DNA of 64,000 nucleotides, from contig JBEKFP010000001.1 in the NCBI GenBank assembly GCA_050013255.1, positions 64,001 through 128,000 on the forward strand. The letters are read 5' to 3'. The stretch comes from Candidatus Bathyarchaeia archaeon (GTDB lineage: Archaea > Thermoproteota > Bathyarchaeia > 40CM-2-53-6). This document shows, one piece after another, positions 46,965-57,016 of this stretch (positions are counted from its first letter, which is position 1; each line of letters begins with the position of its first letter). Both the position numbers and the translations under genes were made by a program. The notes under the pieces were generated by a model, which saw only the letters and a program-made list of their open reading frames with translations, searched no databases and had not been told where the DNA came from.

Positions 46965-49949
46965 TTAACCTTTGGTTACTCCGATCGGGACGAGTCTGGC
47001 CACTTTGGTTGCTATGCCTAGTTGGTGGCTTACTTCTGCGACGCTGTCAACGTTCTTGTAGGCTTCTGGAGCTTCTTCGCTTACCGTCCCCATGTTCTCC
47101 GCTCGAATCATGATCCCCTTCTTTGAGAGAAGGTCTTCGACCGTCCGTGCTGGGTTCCGCCTCCTTGCAGCTGCTCGGCTCATGAACCGGCCAGCTCCGT
47201 GCGCCGTTGTTCCGAAGCTGAGTTCCATGGATTTGGGTGCCCCGATGAGAACCCAAGACGCTGTGCCCATACTCCCAGGGATCAGGACTGGTTGGCCAAT
47301 CTCCCTGTATTTAGCTGGGACGGCTGAATGACCGGGCGGAAAGGCTCGGGTTGCTCCCTTTCGGTGAACATAGACCTTCTTGGTCCCCCCATCGATTACA
47401 TGCTCCTCAATCTTCGCAATATTGTGGCAGACATCGTAGATCAAACCCATATCCAACTGGTCAGCCGACTTCCCAAAGGTCTTCTCGAAAGACTCTCGCG
47501 TCCAATGGGTTATCATCTGCCTATTCGACCATGCGAAGTTGGCCGCACATGACATGGCGCCGATGTAATCTTCAACCTCGTTACTCTTTGCGGGGGCGCA
47601 GGCCAATTGCCGGTCCGGTAACTTGATTCCATATTTCTGCACGGCACGTTCCATTACTCGCAGGTAGTCGCTGCACACTTGGTAGCCGAACCCCCTGCTC
47701 CCGGTATGGACTAAGACGAGGACTTGGCCTTCCTTCCGGATACCTAATTTATCGGCAACGGGAGCGTCGAAGATCTTATCCACTTTCTCAATCTCGAGGA
47801 AATGATTGCCGCTACCTAGGCTGCCAAGTTGCGGTGCACCGCGTTGCTTAGCAACCCCGGATACCTTGTCTGGGTTAGCGGTCTGCATGCACCCATTTTC
47901 TTCGCAATGTTTCTGGTCCTCAGCCCAACCATACCCATGGTCAACAGCCCACTCAACGCCCTCACCAGTTACCTTCTCCAAATCCCCCTGCGAAAGCCGC
48001 CCAACCTTCCCCCGACTCCCAAGCCCTGAGGGAATATTCACAAACAACGTATCCAGCAACTTCCCAAGAACCGGCCGAACATCAGCCTCAGTCAGATTTG
48101 TGCGAATCAACCGCACTCCACAGTTCGAAACAACCAATCCGTTGGCGATGAAATTGTGACTCCGATCGGCTACTGTGAAGTCGAACACTGATTCATTGAG
48201 TTCCATGGGCTCGATGGTCGCTATTACATCCCAAACGCTTCCGGACTTGCCAAGGCCCACCGTGGCTGCCTGAACATACGCCGCGAACGATGGAAAATCT
48301 TCTGGAATTCGCGGCGCACCTGCTCGTGGTGAATATATTGAACGCTCAATGAAACGTTCATTGACACCCGAACCACCAAGGTGATCGTAGATTGCTTTCG
48401 GTGCAGCTCCGAGGTTCCGCATCGCCACTGCGGAAACAGCAACTCGCATCCTGGCTAGCAGGGCCATTCGCTTGGTCTTGATGTAGTTTACAGCTAATGC
48501 TGCGAGGTAGCTCTTTCTACGATTGTACTCGAAGCCCACGGTTCCCCAGAACCTGATTAAGTTCTCAGGTAACTCTGAGACCTGGAGGCGGACACGCGTC
48601 GAAACAACTCCTGTGCGTGTCCGATTTGTGTCAAAGTCCACCGTGATTGGGTTGCACTTCACTCCCAGCTGATCAAGTAGTTTCTTGATTTGGCGCATCA
48701 TTATCATCCCACCAGAAAGGGCGCGCATATGCTTGCTTTGAGTCAACAACGGGGCCGCCAAAGTCTTTGAATGGCCCGCTACTGTTGCGGGTGTTGACAT
48801 TTCAGCACCGAAGAATGCTCCTAAGAACAGGCGCTTAATCCACAATGGGCACCTGAATAACCAAGTTGGCAGAGCGTAACCCTGTGTAGCCTTTGCGCCT
48901 CTCGGAACACCCATGGCAAACAATAGTGCAGCTAAGCTTCGTGAATGGACGTAGAATCCATGCTCAACACTCGCGAACCGCTTCGTCCCGTACCTTGAGG
49001 TGATCTTGGCCATTCTTTTTCTCGTGTAGACCTTCGTGGGTGAATAACCAAGTTCACGAACATCGCGGCGAATATCCTCCAGATCCTCGCGCTTCCCCCA
49101 GAACCATATGAAAGCACTCACGGGCGTGAAAATAAGCGACCCATCTCCAATTACGTAGCCGAAGATTTTCATTAGGTAAGGCAATTTCGGCGACATGGAT
49201 CGTAGCGGCAAGAGCCCTCTGGCTCGAAGCTCATTTGCGACCGCCGTATTGTTTGCTGGAATCTTTAGGCTCCTGATTTTCCGTTCGCTGACTATTGCAA
49301 AGTCTTCCGGCTCTTCGTAAGGTACGCCCTCGAAGCCGTAAACAGCGACTTTCTCCTCCGTGCGCAGCCGAGATACTTCGCGCATTCCGCTCGGAGTTAG
49401 GATTGGGTGGTCCCCGGTCGCAAGTATCGCGTAGCCGAGTTTCGTTCGAATTCGAAAGGCAACTTTGTTGTTAGGTTGCTTGAGGAACGCAATGATCTTT
49501 GCCTTCTCAAGCCCACTCTGCTTAGATGTTCGGACAGCCACACGTGACCAAGACGACTCAAGTTCGCGAATCGGCACCCGGTATCCAAGTTCGGTTAAAA
49601 CAAGAGCATCGCCGGTCAGGCAGTTTATATCATATCCTATACCGCCGGGGCTTACGACGCCTTCGTCGTAGTCGCTTGCTGCGACTCCGCCTATTGGGAA
49701 GCCGTATCCTTCGTGGCCGTCGGGCATGGTTATTGACCAGTTGTAGAGGCCGGGTAGGGTGGCGACGTTTGCGCATTGCTGCAGGGTAGCGTCGGTCCGC
49801 ATTTTTTCGATTAGCGCATCGTCAGCGTAGATTCTGCCTGGGACGCGCATTCCGGGTTGTGCGTCTTTTGGAATCTCCCAGACGTATTTGTCAATGCGTT
49901 TTATCGGGATTTGCTGGGAGGTGTGGCCGTATGCTGAACCTTGGGACAT
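46965..49949 (-). CDS. rtcB: tRNA-splicing ligase RtcB with intein
   Basis: MPDGHEGYGFPIGGV, GYDIN|C, GSGNHFLE, HTGSRG, HRKGATRA, HGAGR, EEAPEAYK; ATG at 49949. Confidence 0.96.
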   Translation of the reverse strand: MSQGSAYGHTSQQIPIKRIDKYVWEIPKDAQPGMRVPGRIYADDALIEKMRTDATLQQCANVATLPGLYNWSITMPDGHEGYGFPIGGVAASDYDEGVVSPGGIGYDINCLTGDALVLTELGYRVPIRELESSWSRVAVRTSKQSGLEKAKIIAFLKQPNNKVAFRIRTKLGYAILATGDHPILTPSGMREVSRLRTEEKVAVYGFEGVPYEEPEDFAIVSERKIRSLKIPANNTAVANELRARGLLPLRSMSPKLPYLMKIFGYVIGDGSLIFTPVSAFIWFWGKREDLEDIRRDVRELGYSPTKVYTRKRMAKITSRYGTKRFASVEHGFYVHSRSLAALLFAMGVPRGAKATQGYALPTWLFRCPLWIKRLFLGAFFGAEMSTPATVAGHSKTLAAPLLTQSKHMRALSGGMIMMRQIKKLLDQLGVKCNPITVDFDTNRTRTGVVSTRVRLQVSELPENLIRFWGTVGFEYNRRKSYLAALAVNYIKTKRMALLARMRVAVSAVAMRNLGAAPKAIYDHLGGSGVNERFIERSIYSPRAGAPRIPEDFPSFAAYVQAATVGLGKSGSVWDVIATIEPMELNESVFDFTVADRSHNFIANGLVVSNCGVRLIRTNLTEADVRPVLGKLLDTLFVNIPSGLGSRGKVGRLSQGDLEKVTGEGVEWAVDHGYGWAEDQKHCEENGCMQTANPDKVSGVAKQRGAPQLGSLGSGNHFLEIEKVDKIFDAPVADKLGIRKEGQVLVLVHTGSRGFGYQVCSDYLRVMERAVQKYGIKLPDRQLACAPAKSNEVEDYIGAMSCAANFAWSNRQMITHWTRESFEKTFGKSADQLDMGLIYDVCHNIAKIEEHVIDGGTKKVYVHRKGATRAFPPGHSAVPAKYREIGQPVLIPGSMGTASWVLIGAPKSMELSFGTTAHGAGRFMSRAAARRRNPARTVEDLLSKKGIMIRAENMGTVSEEAPEAYKNVDSVAEVSHQLGIATKVARLVPIGVTKG
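48123..49622 (-). mobile_element. 500-aa intein with LAGLIDADG-type homing endonuclease
   Basis: Starts CLTGD, block B ATGDHPILT, GYVIGDG and LGAFFGAE, ends HNFIANGLVVSN before Cys+1. Confidence 0.93.
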
Positions 49950-50124
49950 GAGGATCACTCTTAGAATGTGGGGAAAACACGTCCGCGTTCTATTTAAGCT
50001 TCGACAAGTGCGTCCGAAAGATTTGAGAAGCTTGGGTTCATTTATGTTGACGAACTCTCTCACACTTTCACCTCTCTCATCGAGCTAAATCACTACGTGC
50101 GCTAGCTTTCGTTGTGATGTGATA

Positions 50125-50490
50125 ATGGGACGCACGATTCCTTCCTACCGGATGGCGATTGACATGGAGATTGCGAAATGGAAGCCTTTCAGGGATGCGT
50201 TGCGGAAACCTGAGAAAGACATTTGCGAGAACATGCTCTTGCGTTCGAAACTCTACGCTTCAGCAGGCGGCATGGCTGTACGACCAGTCGTACTCGAAGC
50301 CATGTTCATGTCTATCCTCCTAGACCACCACATTCGCCTATTGGAACTAGTCACGGAAATTGAAAAAATCAAGCGTCCCGAGGGAGCGAAAGAACCTAAA
50401 GGAATTGAAAAGTTTCTCCAAGCACCTACATCGGATATTGAAGCATGTCAAACAACCATCGAAACTACGCCGTCGCCCGACAACAACTAA
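50125..50490 (+). CDS. Small helical protein of the family usually encoded with inactivated PolB2 (arCOG07300-like)
   Basis: MGRTIPSYR...W--FR-ALR...A...P--E--FMSILL. Confidence 0.7.
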   Translation: MGRTIPSYRMAIDMEIAKWKPFRDALRKPEKDICENMLLRSKLYASAGGMAVRPVVLEAMFMSILLDHHIRLLELVTEIEKIKRPEGAKEPKGIEKFLQAPTSDIEACQTTIETTPSPDNN

Positions 50491-51017
50491 TCTCATTCTT
50501 GCAAAGCCAGGGATTCAAGCCGCACCCGAACGAGGTATTCTGCCCCGCCGAGCATTGTTGGGTAGACGTAGCGGCTCTGAAAGGCCAAGATTACTGGGCT
50601 TTCGAATACAAATCACGAAATGATTCCATAAAACGAGGGCTAGAGCAATGTTGCTCCTACGCAAAAGCATTCAACTATGTTGTGCTGGTTGCTGATCGGC
50701 ATCGAGCAACTTCAAGCCCATACTTCGGACAGTTCAAGCGCAATGGATTCGGCGTCTGGTCTCATACAATGAAGGGCTTCTATCCGTTACTTAACCCGAA
50801 GAGGCAAGGGGTTCTCAGAAAAGCCGCGGTTGTGGTGGAGCGACAGTTCAGGTGGGCGTTACCCAATATGAAAACAATCCCAGACTCACGCATAACAGAT
50901 TGGCTCGTCCGTCAACCACCCTTGCGGCCGGCAAGTTGTGAACTCAGGGAGGTCCATGTCTTGGAAGAGTTGGGGGCTGCTCGAGGGATCCGTTCTTCCA
51001 CGCGGTTATCTGGCTAG
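50445..51017 (+). CDS. PD-(D/E)xK nuclease-like protein
   Basis: EV...VDVAA...AFEYK...Q---Y---F--V-LV...GV. Confidence 0.65.
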   Translation: MSNNHRNYAVARQQLISFLQSQGFKPHPNEVFCPAEHCWVDVAALKGQDYWAFEYKSRNDSIKRGLEQCCSYAKAFNYVVLVADRHRATSSPYFGQFKRNGFGVWSHTMKGFYPLLNPKRQGVLRKAAVVVERQFRWALPNMKTIPDSRITDWLVRQPPLRPASCELREVHVLEELGAARGIRSSTRLSG

Positions 51018-51756
51018 CTGCTTCGGTGAGGCTACCTACCGTCGCCTCCGGCTCAGCCTGGTGTGCAGCTTCTACCGGTTTCCGGAGCACATGAATCGAA
51101 CGCATTCCAACCCTCCTTGCCCCGCATATGTCCGCCTCCAGCGAATCTCCAACAAAGACAGTGTCCGAAGATTTGACCGCCAACTCGCTAAGTGTGCGTG
51201 TGAAGATTTCTGGCCTGGGTTTTCTAATTCGCAATGAGGCCGAGGTGACGACGCTGCCGAAATATTCCGTGATATCATTTTTCTCTAGAATTGCGCGAAC
51301 TGCCCAATCGCTCTTCGCGTTTGAGACTAGCCCCATCTTGAACCCTTCATCTCTGAGGGTCGTTAATGTCTCAAGGGTGTCTGGGTACAGTTGCCAAGCT
51401 TCAACCTCGGGCGCAAAGAATTCAATTTCCGCGTTTCGAATCAAATCAACGCCTAGAACTTCTAACCTAGATTTTCGAAGTGTTTTTGCGATTATGTCCG
51501 CCATCGGGATTTCTACCTTGTAGAGGTCGGCTCTGGACGCGGCGTCCTCGAAAATGCGGATGAATGTCCCAGCGAACTGTTGATAGTCTAGCCGAAACCC
51601 TAATTTCTTGAGATAATCGTGGAGTGATTCTATGTTGTCGTTGAATACGTCGTCCCAAGGCCTGCTCATATGGACAAGTGTATCCCCTAGGTCGAGCAAC
51701 ACAGCGTTGAGCAATGAAATCACGTATTCGCGTTCCTGGAGCTTGGAGAAGCACAT
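50944..51756 (-). CDS. HAD-family hydrolase
   Basis: DLGDTL, VSN, RKP-PEIF, VGDSLEADI. Confidence 0.9.
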   Translation of the reverse strand: MCFSKLQEREYVISLLNAVLLDLGDTLVHMSRPWDDVFNDNIESLHDYLKKLGFRLDYQQFAGTFIRIFEDAASRADLYKVEIPMADIIAKTLRKSRLEVLGVDLIRNAEIEFFAPEVEAWQLYPDTLETLTTLRDEGFKMGLVSNAKSDWAVRAILEKNDITEYFGSVVTSASLRIRKPRPEIFTRTLSELAVKSSDTVFVGDSLEADICGARRVGMRSIHVLRKPVEAAHQAEPEATVGSLTEAASQITAWKNGSLEQPPTLPRHGPP

Positions 51757-51841
51757 AACTCTTTGTTAGCCGCGCTGAGAGTGGCGCGTCTATCCACGTG
51801 TTATAAAAGAGCGTACCGATGATTGAATCATCGTGTGCGAC

Positions 51842-53182
51842 ATGCCTTCCGATTCGACTGGTATCGTCTTCCATGGTGGCGTGGGTGAAATCGGAGGGAA
51901 CAAGATTCTCATTGAAGACAAAGGGACGCGGGTGGTACTTGACTTTGGTATGAGTTACTCTGACCGGCGTAAGTTCTTCTTTGACCCGATGCTTTCACCG
52001 GGCGACGAGCGAGACCTCCTTGAATTTGGAATTCTTCCGAACATCAAAGGCATTTACGAATTTGAGGACTCGAAGCCGTCTATCGACGCAGTTTTCCTCT
52101 CACACGCCCATGGAGACCACTGGGGCTACATCTCATTCCTGAAAAGAGAGATACCACTCCACTGCGGCGATACTTGCGCCCGAATTCTTGAAGCAATATC
52201 AGCCACAAAGGTGAGGCATTTCGAATCAGATATTCGAGGGCTTCAGTTTCAAACCTTCAGAACCGGGAATACGATCAAAGTGGGAAACATAGAGGTAACG
52301 CCGTGCCACGTCGACCATTCCATCCCAGGTGCCTACGGTTTCATCATAAGGACGTCGCAAGGTTCCATAGCTTACACGGCTGACTTTCGAGTCCACGGAA
52401 CCAAACCACAGTTAACAGACGATTTCGTCGAACTCGCTGCCAAATCTAGTCCGGAGGTGCTGCTGGCTGAGGGAACAAACATTCTTGGCGGACATGTCAC
52501 GAGTGAACCCGAAGTTAAGTCTAAAGTCAACCAACTAATCTCGACGACAAAAAACCTCGTCCTAGCCAACTTCTCCAATGTGGACATTGACCGGATACGG
52601 ACCTTTTATGAGGTCGCCAAGGAGAACGACAGAATGCTTGCGATCTCTCTGAAACAGGCGTATCTCCTCAACCAACTGTCATCGGACCCAAAGCTAGGAC
52701 TTCCTAAGGTTCTCGACGCTAGCGAGAATATAGCGGTATTCAGACGGTCCAAGAAACGGTACTACGATTGGGAAGAGGCCGTGATGGACAAGGCAAAAAT
52801 AATTGCCAGCGAGGAACTGAGAGAACAGCAGGACAAGTTCGTAGTAGCCTTCTCAATGCCAGACTTCAAAGAACTCGTCGATATAAGGCCGAAGGCCGGG
52901 AGTGTGTTCGTACTCTCAACATCAGAACCATTCAATGAGGAACAGGAATTCGAGTTCGAAAGGTTACAGAATTGGCTAGACCATTTCGGCCTACCAATGT
53001 ACCACATACATTGCTCGGGGCACATAATGCCCAGCGAACTCAAAGCAAACATTCAACGAATCAAACCACGAAAACTGTTCCCTATTCACACAGATCATCC
53101 TGGTCTTTACGCTAAATACGTCGCCGACTTAGCGAAAATAGAGTGCCCTTTGAGGGGCCGGAGGTACGAAGTCGGCGCTTGA
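51842..53182 (+). CDS. MBL/beta-CASP ribonuclease (RNase J-like)
   Basis: GGVGEIGGN, SHAHGDH, VDHSIPG, TADFRVHG, EGT, HCSGH, PIH. Confidence 0.88.
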   Translation: MPSDSTGIVFHGGVGEIGGNKILIEDKGTRVVLDFGMSYSDRRKFFFDPMLSPGDERDLLEFGILPNIKGIYEFEDSKPSIDAVFLSHAHGDHWGYISFLKREIPLHCGDTCARILEAISATKVRHFESDIRGLQFQTFRTGNTIKVGNIEVTPCHVDHSIPGAYGFIIRTSQGSIAYTADFRVHGTKPQLTDDFVELAAKSSPEVLLAEGTNILGGHVTSEPEVKSKVNQLISTTKNLVLANFSNVDIDRIRTFYEVAKENDRMLAISLKQAYLLNQLSSDPKLGLPKVLDASENIAVFRRSKKRYYDWEEAVMDKAKIIASEELREQQDKFVVAFSMPDFKELVDIRPKAGSVFVLSTSEPFNEEQEFEFERLQNWLDHFGLPMYHIHCSGHIMPSELKANIQRIKPRKLFPIHTDHPGLYAKYVADLAKIECPLRGRRYEVGA

Positions 53183-53185
53183 GGG

Positions 53186-53701
53186 TTAGAAGCGCTCGAA
53201 CTCAACCCTTAGCGTCATGCCCTTTAGTTCTTGGGCGATCTTGCGGACTTTTTCCAAGTCGACGGGCATTCGCCGCGGCTCTCTCCCGGTTAGTATGACT
53301 TTGGTTTCTTGGGTTCCATCTGGAATCCAAACCGTGTTTATGGTAAGAATTGAGAGTGGGCTGAAGAGGTCCTCCAGGAAGTCTCGGTCGTCCCCGCCGT
53401 AGCTGATGAGTTTTACTCGTTTGCCAAAGGTCTCTCCAAGATCCTTAACGATTTTCGCTCCGCCGCCGAGTAGCTTGGGCATGTCCTTCTTGTCCACAAG
53501 TACGGCCATGACGCCGTCAGCTTCAACAGACCTATGATAAGTAACGTCTTGGAGAACTGGATTATCCTTTTCGAGTTCAACTATCCGCTGGATTACCTTA
53601 AGGTCTAACTCGGTGACCAGCCCCTTCTCAACCTTCTCTTCACAACGCCGACATAGAATGCCGGACTTCACGCAAAATGCGTCCAGAATTGTCTTTACCA
53701 T
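53186..53701 (-). CDS. NusA-like protein with Zn finger and KH domain
   Basis: CVKSGILCRRC, LLGGG, LFSP--I--IN-VWIPDG. Confidence 0.8.
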   Translation of the reverse strand: MVKTILDAFCVKSGILCRRCEEKVEKGLVTELDLKVIQRIVELEKDNPVLQDVTYHRSVEADGVMAVLVDKKDMPKLLGGGAKIVKDLGETFGKRVKLISYGGDDRDFLEDLFSPLSILTINTVWIPDGTQETKVILTGREPRRMPVDLEKVRKIAQELKGMTLRVEFERF

Positions 53702-53868
53702 TCACTTTCAACTATATCTTGGTCCCAACGATCGTCGGCTGGCTGCGCGTTTGCGCTTCCAGCGTCATCGCAGTGCACGAGGTCGAGCAAACTATTTGAA
53801 GATATTGTCTTTTCAACAAGTTCGAAGTTGAAAACTGAGAATTATTCTTAAGATCTGAAGTGGTTACT

Positions 53869-54756
53869 CTATACCTGCCCGAGTCCAGTGAGTTCACGGC
53901 TGACCTCCCAGAGATGTTTTGCAACTTCCAAATCATAGGATTCCTTCGAAGACTTCATTTCGGATTGCTTTGCGAAGTATTTACCAGTAGAGTGCTCAAC
54001 TTCAGGAGATGATGCCAACCATACTACTGTCTTTGCGCCTTGCTCCGGGCTTAGCATCAATGGGGCGAAAACTCTCACAATTAAACCCATGAAACCCCCG
54101 TTGTTTCGGCCAAAGTTCGTCCTCACAGATCCTGGGTGAACGCAATTGACCGTAACTCCAGTTCCCTCCAATCGCCTAGCTAATTCGTAAGTGAAGAGGA
54201 CGTTTGCAAGCTTCGATTGGGGATATGATTTCCACCCACTATACTTTCGCTCGCCCTGAAGATCATCGAAGTTGATATGTCCCCTACTCTGCGCTTCAGA
54301 GCTGACGTTCACGATTCTTGACGGTGCGCTCGCCTTCATCAAATCTAACAGCAGATAAGTAAGAAGGAAGTGAGCCAGGTGATTGATGGCGAATGTTGCT
54401 TCGAAACCATCGGCCGTGACAACACGCTTACTCACGTAGATGCCCGCATTGTTAACGAGAACGTCGAGGCGGGAGAACTTCTGTCGGAAGTCATCCGCAA
54501 AGGAGCGGACAGAGTCGAGGCGAGCAAGATCAACCAAACCTACGCTCAAATCTTGATTATTGGATTCTCTGATGATCTCCTGTCTAGCCGCTTCTCCTCG
54601 CCCAGAGTCTCGGCACGCAAGCACGACAGTAGCTCCAAGTGCAGCAAGTCCGCTCGCAGTTGCCTTTCCAATACCAGAGCTTGACCCCGTTACCAAGCAA
54701 ACCTTTCCATGCAACAGACCGGTTTTCTTATCGGTTTCCAATTTACTGGAACTCAT
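53869..54756 (-). CDS. Short-chain dehydrogenase/reductase (retinol dehydrogenase-like)
   Basis: TGSSSGIG, NNAG, NHLAHFLLT, YPQSK. Confidence 0.93.
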   Translation of the reverse strand: MSSSKLETDKKTGLLHGKVCLVTGSSSGIGKATASGLAALGATVVLACRDSGRGEAARQEIIRESNNQDLSVGLVDLARLDSVRSFADDFRQKFSRLDVLVNNAGIYVSKRVVTADGFEATFAINHLAHFLLTYLLLDLMKASAPSRIVNVSSEAQSRGHINFDDLQGERKYSGWKSYPQSKLANVLFTYELARRLEGTGVTVNCVHPGSVRTNFGRNNGGFMGLIVRVFAPLMLSPEQGAKTVVWLASSPEVEHSTGKYFAKQSEMKSSKESYDLEVAKHLWEVSRELTGLGQV

Positions 54757-54916
54757 TGTAGTTTACCCAACTATTGACAACTGGGGCATCTATATGTTGT
54801 CGGGTCTAACCATAATCCAATATGCTCCACAGGGATTGATAGTTCAAGCGTTGTTTTATTACGGAATCCAAGCAGTCTAGGGCACACGTTTACAGGATTC
54901 ACGGACGAGGATCGAT

Positions 54917-56062
54917 TTGAAGCTCTTCGAATATGAAGCGAAGGAAATCGCGCAACAGTACGGCGTTCCTGTTCCAAAAGGGTTAGTCGCGTCAACCCCC
55001 CAAGAAGCGAAGGATGCTTACTTGAAGCTCGGCCAGCCTTCGATGGTTAAGGCTCAGGTTCTGGTTGCGGGTCGGGGCAAGGCGGGAGGAATCAAACCAG
55101 CCTCAAGCCCTGAGGAGGCAGAGGAGGTTGCAAGGCTAATCCTTTCGATGTCAGTCAAGGGTGAGAAAGTTGCTAAGGTTCTTGTTGAACAGAAACTAGC
55201 CAGCAAACATGAGCGGTACGTCAGCATCGTTGTCGACCGAGCGTCGCGTTGCTACACAATTCTGTGCTCGACGGACGGTGGCGTAGACATTGAACAGGTC
55301 GCTAACGAGCACCCTGAAAGAATCATCCGGCATAAGCTTGAACCACTAATTGGGCTGCAGGATTTTGAGAGCAGAGCCGTCGCGAAGGGGATAGGGTATT
55401 CTGGTAAGCAGATGAACCAGGTAGCCTCCATCATCAACAAGCTCTTCAAAATCATGCTCGACTACGACGCTGAACTAATCGAATCTAATCCGCTAATTGA
55501 AACAGAGGCCGGAGAGCTAATTGCCGCTGACCTAAGGATCCTCTTAGATGATAACGCGCTCTTCAGGCACCAGAAATTCCTCGAACGCATGAAAACGCTT
55601 GAACCTGATATGACACAACTTGAGATTAAGGCACGGGAGAAAGGTTTGGCCTATGTTGAGCTCGATGGCGAGGTTGGAATTATCGGAAACGGCGCAGGCC
55701 TGGTCATGGCTACATTGGATATGATACTGGATTACAAGGGTAAGCCTGCGAACTTCTGCGACGTGGGCGGTGGTGCCAGCGAAGAAAGAATTGCCGCTGC
55801 CCTTGAGATCGTGCTTGCCAACCCGAAAGTGAAGGTGCTTCTGATCAACATTATGGGTGGAATTACACGGTGCGATGACGTTGCGAGAGCAATTCTTGAT
55901 ATTCAGAAGAAAATGGGCATCACCAAACCTATGGTCATCCGATTAGTAGGAACCAATGAGAAAGAGGGACAGAAGATTCTCGCCGAGGCTAACATACCCT
56001 CACTGAACAGCATGGAAGAATCTGCGGCAAAAGCTGTGGAGTTAATTCCGAAGGCGAAGTAG
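54917..56062 (+). CDS. sucC: Succinate-CoA ligase beta subunit
   Basis: [42 protein letters not shown]. Confidence 0.95.
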   Translation: MKLFEYEAKEIAQQYGVPVPKGLVASTPQEAKDAYLKLGQPSMVKAQVLVAGRGKAGGIKPASSPEEAEEVARLILSMSVKGEKVAKVLVEQKLASKHERYVSIVVDRASRCYTILCSTDGGVDIEQVANEHPERIIRHKLEPLIGLQDFESRAVAKGIGYSGKQMNQVASIINKLFKIMLDYDAELIESNPLIETEAGELIAADLRILLDDNALFRHQKFLERMKTLEPDMTQLEIKAREKGLAYVELDGEVGIIGNGAGLVMATLDMILDYKGKPANFCDVGGGASEERIAAALEIVLANPKVKVLLINIMGGITRCDDVARAILDIQKKMGITKPMVIRLVGTNEKEGQKILAEANIPSLNSMEESAAKAVELIPKAK

Positions 56063-56063
56063 A

Positions 56064-56930
56064 ATGCCAATCCTAGTGGGAAGGAAAACCAAGGCGATCG
56101 TCCAAGGCATTACTGGTTCACAAGGAGACTTTCACACAAAGCTGATGCTTGAATATGGAAGCAAAATAGTTGCAGGAACCACACCCGGTAAAGGCGGAAC
56201 CGTGGTGCATGGGGTCCCGGTTTTCGACTCGGTCCAGGAAGCTGTTGAGAAGTTCAAAGCCACCGCGTCTATCATCTTCGTTCCAGCCCCAGGCGCCAAG
56301 GACGCCGCTCTCGAAGCCATCGCCGCCGGCCTCAACCCGGTCATAGTCATTACAGAAGGAATTCCTGTCAAGGATGAGATCCAGATGATGGAAGTCGCCA
56401 AGCTGAAGGGAGCCACCATCATCGGACCAAATACGCCTGGTATCATAACGCCGGGGCAATGCAAGCTGGGCATAATGCCTGGGCACATCTTCAAACCCGG
56501 CAAGGTAGGGTTAGTTTCTAGGAGTGGAACGTTGACATACGAAATCGCTGCCAGCCTCACCAACGCCGGCCTTGGACAATCCACCTGCCTCGGAGTTGGG
56601 GGTGACCCAGTTGTAGGTTTGAGCTTCGTAGACGTCCTTGAAATGTTCAGGAAAGACACTGCAACAAGGGCTATTGCGATGATCGGCGAAATTGGAGGTA
56701 ACGCCGAAGAAATGGCTGCTGAATACGTAAGGAAGACCAAATACCCGAAGCCAATCGCCGCTTATGTTGCTGGACGTGCCGCCCCCCCAGGAAAACGCAT
56801 GGGACACGCGGGTGCAATCATCACCGGGAAGGCTGGAACAGCCGAAACGAAAATCGAAGCCCTCAAACACGCAGGAGTGAAGATTGCTCTCAAACCTGGC
56901 GAGATTGCGAAACTCCTCAAACGACGTTAA
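56064..56930 (+). CDS. sucD: Succinate-CoA ligase alpha subunit
   Basis: [29 protein letters not shown]. Confidence 0.96.
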   Translation: MPILVGRKTKAIVQGITGSQGDFHTKLMLEYGSKIVAGTTPGKGGTVVHGVPVFDSVQEAVEKFKATASIIFVPAPGAKDAALEAIAAGLNPVIVITEGIPVKDEIQMMEVAKLKGATIIGPNTPGIITPGQCKLGIMPGHIFKPGKVGLVSRSGTLTYEIAASLTNAGLGQSTCLGVGGDPVVGLSFVDVLEMFRKDTATRAIAMIGEIGGNAEEMAAEYVRKTKYPKPIAAYVAGRAAPPGKRMGHAGAIITGKAGTAETKIEALKHAGVKIALKPGEIAKLLKRR

Positions 56931-57016
56931 ACAACCCCATCTGTCAACCTAACGTTTTCTTGAACATCGAATTAATAGCGCTGCAACTGAAACAAAGCTG
57001 GGAATGGTAGTTTCCG

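Noticed and set aside
49950-50063. N-terminal extension of RtcB
   Set aside because: GAGTGA before ATG 49949 and family homology starting there; the extension covers promoter DNA
50041-50118. ACTTTC, similar to the Sulfolobus UV-responsive ANTTTC box, upstream of the PolB2-associated gene
   Set aside because: A single 6-mer is expected by chance
56132-56740. 202-aa antisense ORF in sucD, and similar shadows in atpI, moeA and top6B
   Set aside because: Codon-bias shadow ORFs of conserved genes
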